Notes under the pieces: generated by a model
What the model was told of the DNA's origin: nothing
Database searches by the model: none
What the model saw: the letters and a program-made list of their open reading frames with translations, nothing else
Part shown: positions 49,072 through 56,279 of the stretch, piece after piece
Position numbering within the stretch: position 1 is the stretch's first letter
Layout of the letters: every line of letters begins with the position of its first letter
Assembly: GCA_027592645.1 (NCBI GenBank)
Contig: JAQCKI010000002.1
Coordinates: 1 to 62,384 of the forward strand
DNA: 62,384 nucleotides
DNA from: Chloroflexota bacterium
Lineage (GTDB): Bacteria; Chloroflexota; Dehalococcoidia; UBA2979
Reading direction: 5' to 3'
Position numbers and translations under genes: made by a program

Positions 49072-50085
49072 TCAGCCGCTGGTGCGCCGCCACTTGCGCA
49101 GGCTGACCATCTCGCGGGGCGGCACCTGCTTGCTCCCGACCTCCACGCACGAGACCTCGGCCACATATATATCGCCATGCGAATCGGTCGCGATCGCGTG
49201 GGGCCAGAGGAACTGGTCGGGCGCCTCGCCGGGGAGCGGCGCGCCGATGCGCTTCACGAGGTCGCCCTCCGGCGTATAGATCGAGACGCGGTGGCCCAGG
49301 TTCGGCACGCCGAACTGCACCGGCGGTGGCCCCTGCTCCGCGACGTACAGCCGGTCATCGTCGCCGCGCCCACGCGTCACCGCGACGGCGTGGTGCACGT
49401 GCCAGGCGCGCACGAACGTGCCATCGAGGGTGAACACCTGCACTCGGTGGTTTTCACGGTCACAGACGATGACGTGGTCGTCGTCGACGAACGCGATGCT
49501 GTGCGGCAGGCTGAAATGCCCGTGATCAGAGCCCGGCTCGCCCCACGACAGCATGTGGGAGCCATCGGCCGCGAAGCGGTGCACACGAGAGTTCCCGTAG
49601 CCGTCGCTCACGAAAACCTCGCCGGTCTTCGGGTGGACAGCCACGTCCGTGGGACGGTTGAACGGCTCCCCGCCCTGCTTCGGCGCGGGGACACCGGAAC
49701 CGAGCGTCATCAACACCTTCCCGAAGCGGTCAGTCTTGAACACCTGGTGCAGGTGGACATCGACCAGCCAGAGGTTGTCCTCGACGTCCGTTCGGACGGC
49801 GTGCGCCCACGGGAAGCGGACGCCATCCCACACCTGACGCGACACGCCGTACGGATCGGTGATCGTCGTCATCCCAGCGTGCGGGGTGTCGTTCCCCCAC
49901 TGGTCGATGAGGCTCCCATCGCGATCGAACACCAGCACCGGCACATTGCCGCGATTGAACACGTGCACGCGATCCTGCGAATCGACCGCCACCGAGGTCG
50001 CCTCGCGGAGAAAGACTCCGTGCGGAATCTTCGCCCACCCCGCCACCGGCTCGTACGTGGTGTCCGCTGTCACTGGTGCTGGCAT
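49072..50085 (-). CDS. NHL-repeat beta-propeller protein (peptidyl-alpha-hydroxyglycine alpha-amidating lyase-like), copy 2
   Basis: ORF 49072..50208 trimmed to the ATG at 50085 (MPAPVTADTTYEPVAGW). Shares FNRPTDVAVHP...FVSDGYGNSRVHRF, PHSIAF...CDRENHRVQVF and PHAIATDSHGDIYVAEV with 17836..18780. Confidence 0.85.
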   Translation of the reverse strand: MPAPVTADTTYEPVAGWAKIPHGVFLREATSVAVDSQDRVHVFNRGNVPVLVFDRDGSLIDQWGNDTPHAGMTTITDPYGVSRQVWDGVRFPWAHAVRTDVEDNLWLVDVHLHQVFKTDRFGKVLMTLGSGVPAPKQGGEPFNRPTDVAVHPKTGEVFVSDGYGNSRVHRFAADGSHMLSWGEPGSDHGHFSLPHSIAFVDDDHVIVCDRENHRVQVFTLDGTFVRAWHVHHAVAVTRGRGDDDRLYVAEQGPPPVQFGVPNLGHRVSIYTPEGDLVKRIGAPLPGEAPDQFLWPHAIATDSHGDIYVAEVSCVEVGSKQVPPREMVSLRKWRRTSG

Positions 50086-50204
50086 TGACTCGCCCCTTCG
50101 CCCTCGTGCCGCGGAGCCTACGCGATGGGATGCCGGGTGAGTGCACTGCGACCCCGAGGTGGGGTGCCGCTGTTGGATGATCGCGTGCGGGCCGGCACCC
50201 TCAT

Positions 50205-52217
50205 TCACACTCGCCGCAGCACATGCAGCAGGTACTCCTTTCGGTCCAGGGGGTTGAGGTCGGTGCGAGAGCGTGTGGGAGGCGCACCTCTGACGGGCTC
50301 GTAGTGGTCGAACGTGGCCTCCAGTACGCCCTCCCCGCGAGTCAGTCCGGGCAGTTGTTGCTGCAGCGCGTGTACGTGTGCAGCGGGAATGTCGCCCTCG
50401 ATGATGGTCGCCGATGCCTCCGTGGAGGGTGTGCCGGGGACGGCACGCAGCTGCGTCAGCATCGGCAGCAACGCGCCGAACGTGTCGACGGGGACCTCGA
50501 TTCGGAAGCGGTGGACAGGTTCGCAGACCACCGTGCCCGCCTCCTTCAGCGCGCCCATGAGCACCAGCGGGGTCAGCTTGCGAAAGTCACCAGCGGTGGT
50601 GCCCGGCGCGCGATATCCGCAGTTCGTGACCGTCACGATGCAGTCAGGGACCCGCCAGCCGAAGAGGCCCTCGCGCAACGTCTCGCGAACGTATGCGGTC
50701 ATCTGGTCGGTGAACACGTCCACGGTCTTGTAGATGTACAGCGGGACCACGCGGACATCCACATCGAGGCGAAGCTCGATCCCCGAGCCCGCCGGTGCCG
50801 GACCGACACGGAGGCCAAGTGTGGCTGGGAACCGGTTGGAGCTCGTCGGCGAGCTGTCTCCGGTGACGTTCGTGTGCGTCCTCGCTCTGAGGATCTCTCC
50901 CGCTTCGCCTGTGCCGGTGAGTCGCTCGATGTGGATCGTCGTGGTTCCGCGGAACTCGACCTCAAGGCCGAAGTCGGTTGCGAGCGTGGCCTGGATGACC
51001 TCCTTCTGCACTTCCCCGTACAGGGACAGGAACAGCTCCTGCCGGACGTCGTCCTGTCGCAGGTTGATGAGCGGGTCTTGCTCCGCCAACTGGGTGAGCG
51101 CCACGTGCAACGCACCCTTCGTCGAGGCGTCGACGGGGATGATGGCCGTCTCCAACGTCGGCGGCGGGAAGAAGTGAGCATCCGAGGCCACGCGGGACAC
51201 GCCGAGCCGGTCGCCGATGCGCACGTCGCCGAGTCCCCACACCTTGCCGATCTGGCCAGCAACGACCGACGTACGCGGAGTGGTCGCGCCGCGCTCGAAG
51301 ACACTGATCGCCGTGATGCGGTGGTCGTCCCGGCCCTCAAACGCCACGCGCTCGCGGATGCGGAGCGTGCCGATGAACATCCGGACGTACGCAACCTTCT
51401 CGCCGGCAGACCCGCGCTCGACCTTGAAGACACTGCCCGAGGGCACACCCTCCGCGTCTCCTTCTGCGGCGGGCAGCAGATCCCGAATGCCGTGCATCAG
51501 TGCCTCGACGCCCGCGCCCGTGATGGCCGAGCCGAAGAACACCGGGTGTACGGCGCCCTGCCTGCTCTTCGCCGCCAACCGGCGCCGCAGCCGCCGGTAG
51601 GAGACCGAGGCCTCATCGTCCACGTACGCGGCGAGCAGCGCCTCGTCCTGCTCGGCGAGCAGATCAAGGAGCCGCGCGGTGAACGCCTCGTCGTCCGCGC
51701 CGAACGGGGTGAAGTCCGCGCCCCGCGTCCCCGCGTCGCTGACCAAACCCATCGCGACGATGGCCGGCGTCAGCCGCGCCGCGATGGCATCCAGCGTGCG
51801 CTGGTACTCCGCGCCTCCGCGGTCGATCTTGTTCACGAAGAGAAGCGTGGGGATGCGGAGGCGCTGCAGCGTCCGCATCAGTACCAGGGTCTGCGACTGC
51901 ACACCCTCGACGGCGGAGATGACCAGCACCGCCCCGTCCAGCACGTTCAACACCCGCTCCACCTCTGCGATGAAGTCGGGGTGTCCGGGTGTGTCGATCA
52001 GATTGCCGGTGACGTCATCGATCTCGAACGAGACGACGGCGGACTTGATCGTGATCCCGCGCTGCCGTTCCAGCTCGAGGGAGTCGGTCTGAGTGCTGCC
52101 TTCATCGACGCTACCGATTTCGTCGATGACGCCGGCTGCGTGGAGCAGCCGCTCTGTCAGGCTCGTCTTACCAGCGTCTACATGTGCCAGGATTCCAAGG
52201 TTCAGCGTGCGCCCCAC
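50205..52217 (-). CDS. Tet(M)/Tet(O)/OtrA-type ribosomal protection GTPase (translation-factor superfamily)
   Basis: GTG at 52217 with GAGAGGA 9 nt upstream. LNLGILAHVDAGKTSLTERLL...GSVDEGSTQTDSLELERQRGITIKS...LIDTPGHPDF...FVNKIDRGG matches the G1-G4 blocks of TetM/OtrA (GSVD.GTT.TD, NKID) rather than EF-G (NKMD). 670 aa. Confidence 0.8.
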   Translation of the reverse strand: MGRTLNLGILAHVDAGKTSLTERLLHAAGVIDEIGSVDEGSTQTDSLELERQRGITIKSAVVSFEIDDVTGNLIDTPGHPDFIAEVERVLNVLDGAVLVISAVEGVQSQTLVLMRTLQRLRIPTLLFVNKIDRGGAEYQRTLDAIAARLTPAIVAMGLVSDAGTRGADFTPFGADDEAFTARLLDLLAEQDEALLAAYVDDEASVSYRRLRRRLAAKSRQGAVHPVFFGSAITGAGVEALMHGIRDLLPAAEGDAEGVPSGSVFKVERGSAGEKVAYVRMFIGTLRIRERVAFEGRDDHRITAISVFERGATTPRTSVVAGQIGKVWGLGDVRIGDRLGVSRVASDAHFFPPPTLETAIIPVDASTKGALHVALTQLAEQDPLINLRQDDVRQELFLSLYGEVQKEVIQATLATDFGLEVEFRGTTTIHIERLTGTGEAGEILRARTHTNVTGDSSPTSSNRFPATLGLRVGPAPAGSGIELRLDVDVRVVPLYIYKTVDVFTDQMTAYVRETLREGLFGWRVPDCIVTVTNCGYRAPGTTAGDFRKLTPLVLMGALKEAGTVVCEPVHRFRIEVPVDTFGALLPMLTQLRAVPGTPSTEASATIIEGDIPAAHVHALQQQLPGLTRGEGVLEATFDHYEPVRGAPPTRSRTDLNPLDRKEYLLHVLRRV

Positions 52218-52515
52218 GCGTCGTGTCCTCTCGATAGGTGACGGTCACCTGCTGAGTGGGCATACGCGTTGCGCTCATATCGCTCTCCCTCGCCGTTCGG
52301 CTGCTATGTGGAGTGAAACAGATGGCCAGGGGGATCGCAACGGGAGACGTCCCTGTGACAGTAAGTGTGGCCGAACGCTCGGGCGGAGGGCGATTCGTTG
52401 TTCGTGAGTCGGGAGGAACCTCCCCGCCGCCACCATGCTGGCGAGGTCAACGGGAGCCGGTACCGGCCTTCCCCTGGCCATTGATCAGCGAGACTGCACT
52501 CGCTGGCGCGCCTGC

Positions 52516-53259
52516 CTAGACGCGCTCTGATATCTGGAAGCGCGTCACTGCCCTCGTCGCGTACCACCCACCGAGGGCGACCAGCAGGACGAGGAGCACG
52601 ATGGCGGGCGTCACATCAAGAGAGCGCGTCAGGATCTCCGCGTCCACGTCCGTCAGCGCATCGGCGATGCCGACGGTGTACGCCCGGATACTGAGGAAGC
52701 GCACGCCAGCGATGAACTGCGAAATGATCGCTTCCCAGACGAAGACGTAGCCGAGCCCGATGATCAACGCGCGGCTGAACCGCAGGCTGAGCGCGATGAA
52801 GATCGCGACGTAGGCAAGCGCACCCGCTGCACATGCGACGACGAACGCCGGCACCAGCGAAATACCCTCGTGCCCGGTGAGGACGATGAGCCCCGATCCG
52901 AGGACCGCGACGAGCGTGACGAGGTAGGTCAGCAGCCACGCGGACAGCATCTTCGCGACGACCACCTTCCACCGCGCGAGCGGCTTCGCCAGCAGGTAGG
53001 CGATCGTGCCTTCCTCGATGTCTTGCCCGAGCGCCGACGTGCCGACGAGCAGCGCGGCGAGCGGCAGGACGATCGGCACGACAAACGTCGCGAGCATGCC
53101 GGAGGCGAACTCGATCGCATCACGCTCGCTGCTGTTGTCTGCCGTGAAGCGGTAGAGGATCGAGATCAGGACGGGCACGAGTGCGAGCACCAGCAGGACG
53201 AGCATCCGGCGCTGGCGGCCCACCTGACGCAGGGTCACCCCGACGATCACCCCGATCAC
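52516..53259 (-). CDS. ABC-2 type transporter permease (second permease)
   Basis: 247 aa with six hydrophobic helices. Has a 4-nt overlap with the upstream ATPase gene. Confidence 0.8.
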   Translation of the reverse strand: MIGVIVGVTLRQVGRQRRMLVLLVLALVPVLISILYRFTADNSSERDAIEFASGMLATFVVPIVLPLAALLVGTSALGQDIEEGTIAYLLAKPLARWKVVVAKMLSAWLLTYLVTLVAVLGSGLIVLTGHEGISLVPAFVVACAAGALAYVAIFIALSLRFSRALIIGLGYVFVWEAIISQFIAGVRFLSIRAYTVGIADALTDVDAEILTRSLDVTPAIVLLVLLVALGGWYATRAVTRFQISERV

Positions 53260-54230
53260 GAGTCGCCCCCCTGGCCACCGCGGACACCAGCCACCAGGTA
53301 CTCGAACACGCTCTCCAGCGACTCGTCGCTCGGCGCCAGTTCTCGCAGCGTGACGCCGGAGTCGCGCGCGATCCGCGGCACGACTGTGATGAAGCGGCTG
53401 TAGTCCCGCGTCTGGACCGTGAGGCGATCGCCATCGAGTTCCACGCTGGTGACCGCCTCGTCGCCGACGAGCGCCTGCGCCAGTCGCCGGTTGCCCGAGG
53501 AGACGATGCGGAAGGTGTGCGGGCGATCCACCATCAGTCGGCGGATCGCACGGAAGTCGCCGGACGCCGCGAGCCGCCCGGAGACGATGACGAGGACGCG
53601 GTCGCCGAGGCGCTCCATCTCTTCAAGGATGTGGCTGGAGAAGACGATGGTACGGCCCTCGCCGGCCATCGCTCGGAGCATGTCAATCATGTGGAGCCGC
53701 TGGCGCGGATCGGCGCCGTTGAACGGCTCATCCAGAATCAACATCTGCGGGTCGTGGACGATCGCGGCGGCGATCTTGATCCGCTGCTTCATCCCCTTGG
53801 AGTAGCCGCCCGTGGCCCGGCCCTGCGCGTATCCCATGTCCACGAGGTCGATTGCGCGACGGGTCGCCGCATCAACGTCGGGGAGGCCGTGGAGCCGTGC
53901 GTTCATGCGCACAAAGTCCCACCCCGTCAGCGTGCCGTAGACCGCCTCACGCTCCAGGACGATGCCGACCTTCCGGTACACCTCGGGGTTCCCGGCGGCT
54001 GGTTCGCCCAGGACGGAGACGGCACCCGCGGAGGCGCGGAGCAGGCCGCCCATCATGTGGAGGATGGTGGACTTGCCGGCGCCGTTCGGCCCCAGGAGCC
54101 CGGTGATCCCGGGACCGATCTCGAACGACACATCGTTCACGGCAACCACGTTGCCGTACCACTTGGAAACGCCCTCCAGGGTGATCGCCGGCGCACTGCC
54201 GGAGGCGGCCATCTGACCTGGGCCGGTCAT
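53256..54230 (-). CDS. ABC transporter ATP-binding protein (second ATPase)
   Basis: Walker A GPNGAGKST, signature YSKGMKQR and Walker B MLILDEP. Confidence 0.9.
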   Translation of the reverse strand: MTGPGQMAASGSAPAITLEGVSKWYGNVVAVNDVSFEIGPGITGLLGPNGAGKSTILHMMGGLLRASAGAVSVLGEPAAGNPEVYRKVGIVLEREAVYGTLTGWDFVRMNARLHGLPDVDAATRRAIDLVDMGYAQGRATGGYSKGMKQRIKIAAAIVHDPQMLILDEPFNGADPRQRLHMIDMLRAMAGEGRTIVFSSHILEEMERLGDRVLVIVSGRLAASGDFRAIRRLMVDRPHTFRIVSSGNRRLAQALVGDEAVTSVELDGDRLTVQTRDYSRFITVVPRIARDSGVTLRELAPSDESLESVFEYLVAGVRGGQGGDS

Positions 54231-55126
54231 GCCTGCACCCGGATATAGCGGCGGACGAGGAGCGCGCTCGCGGCGAGGGCGACCACCACCGCGACCCCGG
54301 CGAACGTGGCGGTGCTGAAGTCCGTCAGCGCGATCAGCGAATCAGATGCGGGGGGTGCCGTCCCGAAGAGCCAGTACGTCAGCCCATCGACGAGGTCGAG
54401 CGGGCTGAGGTACACCGCATAGTCCGCCCACCCGGCATCGATCTGTTCGACAAGGATCGCCGCGATCGGGATCGGGAGGATGAACGCCACGATGATTCCG
54501 ACCGTGGCGAACGCGCGTTGAGGTGTCTGCGCGGCAATCAGCGTGCCGATGGCGGCGATCAGCCATGAGCCGAGGAGCGCCGATCCGAAGATCGGTGGGA
54601 GTTCGTCCCAGTTCTCACGGATGAAGTCACCGAATTGGTCGGTAGCGAGCGCGTTCCCCACGAAGAGCAGCAACTGGGGCACGAGCGTGATCGCCAGCAT
54701 CGCCGTCGTCATCGCGGCGAGCTTGCCCAGTGCGTAGTCGTAGCGCGTGATCGCGCGGGTGAAGTAGAGCGTCAGGCTGCGCGTCCGCTGGTCGCGGCCG
54801 ACGATGTCCGGTGCCACGACGCCGACGTACAACGCCATCACGAACTTGATCCCGCTGTAGTAGTCGTCGTGCCGAACCAGTTCGATTTCGCCAATCGGCA
54901 GGATCGCGCCCAGGATGAGCTGGATGAGCGCCGGGAAGAGCGCAATGCCGATCAGGATCGCCGGGGCGATCTTGGCGGCGGTGCTACGCCCGAGGCCGAA
55001 CGCGGCGCGCAGGCTCTCTCGGTAGAGCGCAAGCACGGCGTAGCGGCGTCCGAGGCGGACACCTTCGTATGACCGGTAGCCCAAGTCGTAGATGCTGCTC
55101 GTCTCATCTGTCGGTCGAGTCGTCAC
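54227..55126 (-). CDS. ABC-2 type transporter permease (first permease)
   Basis: 299 aa with multiple TM helices. Has 4-nt overlaps with both flanking ATPase genes. Confidence 0.8.
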   Translation of the reverse strand: MTTRPTDETSSIYDLGYRSYEGVRLGRRYAVLALYRESLRAAFGLGRSTAAKIAPAILIGIALFPALIQLILGAILPIGEIELVRHDDYYSGIKFVMALYVGVVAPDIVGRDQRTRSLTLYFTRAITRYDYALGKLAAMTTAMLAITLVPQLLLFVGNALATDQFGDFIRENWDELPPIFGSALLGSWLIAAIGTLIAAQTPQRAFATVGIIVAFILPIPIAAILVEQIDAGWADYAVYLSPLDLVDGLTYWLFGTAPPASDSLIALTDFSTATFAGVAVVVALAASALLVRRYIRVQA

Positions 55127-56064
55127 GCGTCGGACGTTCCATCGGCGGCGTCCGATGAGTCGATGCGGAAGAGGTCCTCCAGGGTGTGACGACGCTGCTG
55201 CACGCGCACCAACCCGAGACCGAGGTCCACGACCCCGTCCCGGATCAAGTCGAACATCCCTGCTTCGTCGTGACCACCTTCCGGACGGACAAAGATCCGC
55301 TGCCCCTCCACCGTCGCGTCGATCCCCGCTGCTGTTAGTCGTGCTGCGAGCAGCGTGGCGTCACCCGTGACCTCGACCTCGAGTGTCTCCGTAGCGGCCG
55401 TAAAATCGGCGACCGATCCCTGGTGCAGGAGACGGCCCGCGTCGATGACGATCAGTTGATCACAGGTGCGCTCGATCTCGCCGAGCAGGTGAGTGGCCAT
55501 GACGATGGTGATCCCCATCTCATGCCCGGTGCGACGGATGAGATCGAGCATGTCGTCGCGCCCGGCCGGGTCAAGGCCGTTCGTCGGCTCGTCCAGGAAC
55601 ACCAGCTTCGGGTCATGGACCAGCGCCTGCGCGAGCTTCGCGCGTTGCTTCATGCCGGTGGAGTACCCGGCGATCGAGCGATAGCGCGCCTCAAACAGGC
55701 CGGCGTGGCGGAGAGCCTCGGACGCGCGCTCGCGCGAGGCGGCGGCGGGGAGGCCGCTGATCTGCGCCATGTGGGCGACGAACTCGGTCGCGTTCATCTC
55801 GGGCGGCAGGCAATCGTGCTCGGGCATGTAGCCGACGTACTGGCGCAGTTGCAGGCCCTGCGTGCGGATGTCAAAGCCCAGGACGGTGGCATCGCCCTCG
55901 GTCGGCTGGATGAGGCCGAGGAGCAACTTGATGAGCGTGCTCTTCCCGGCACCGTTGGCCCCCACGAGCCCGACGATTCCCGGCTCGATGGCGAGCGTGA
56001 GCTCGTCCAGCGCGCGGACAGATGGATAGTGCTTGCTCAGGCCGTTGGTCGCGAACACGGGCAT
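55123..56064 (-). CDS. ABC transporter ATP-binding protein (first ATPase)
   Basis: ORF 55123..56157 trimmed to the ATG at 56064 (MPVFATNGLSKHY). Walker A GANGAGKST, signature YSTGMKQR and Walker B LVFLDEP. Confidence 0.9.
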   Translation of the reverse strand: MPVFATNGLSKHYPSVRALDELTLAIEPGIVGLVGANGAGKSTLIKLLLGLIQPTEGDATVLGFDIRTQGLQLRQYVGYMPEHDCLPPEMNATEFVAHMAQISGLPAAASRERASEALRHAGLFEARYRSIAGYSTGMKQRAKLAQALVHDPKLVFLDEPTNGLDPAGRDDMLDLIRRTGHEMGITIVMATHLLGEIERTCDQLIVIDAGRLLHQGSVADFTAATETLEVEVTGDATLLAARLTAAGIDATVEGQRIFVRPEGGHDEAGMFDLIRDGVVDLGLGLVRVQQRRHTLEDLFRIDSSDAADGTSDA

Positions 56065-56279
56065 GCCCGACAGCCTACCCCCCGCGGCCGGTGGGCGCCT
56101 TCCGGGTGCGTCCGGCGGGGCCGACGAGCCCACGTCGCGGGCGCGGCGGACGTTCACTTCCTGGAACGGGCGAAGCCACTCGTCTCCGGCACCCTATCGG
56201 GGTTTCCTCGCGACGCACGTGGGGCGCCCGCAATCGCTCACTGTTGGGCCTGCGGGGTGCGCGCCCGACGGGCGCGGCG

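Noticed and set aside
46928-49279. 783-aa plus-strand ORF
   Set aside because: It lies antisense to the penicillin-acylase-family gene (SN.W nucleophile, DRWGIPHI). Shadow ORF.
50223-52241. 672-aa plus-strand ORF
   Set aside because: It is exactly antisense to the ribosomal-protection GTPase, which has unmistakable G1-G4 motifs. Shadow ORF.
52275-52481. 68-aa minus-strand ORF in the leader of the ribosomal-protection gene, whose TGA overlaps the ATG of the 36-codon uORF (ATGA)
   Set aside because: The Arg/Pro-rich sequence has no convincing ribosome-binding site. I keep only the SD-preceded uORF as a hypothesis and mention the ATGA overlap for completeness.
46721-56064. Prophage or conjugative element interpretation of the long same-strand gene run
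   Set aside because: No capsid, tail, terminase, relaxase or type IV secretion genes were recognised. Only enzymes and transporters are present.
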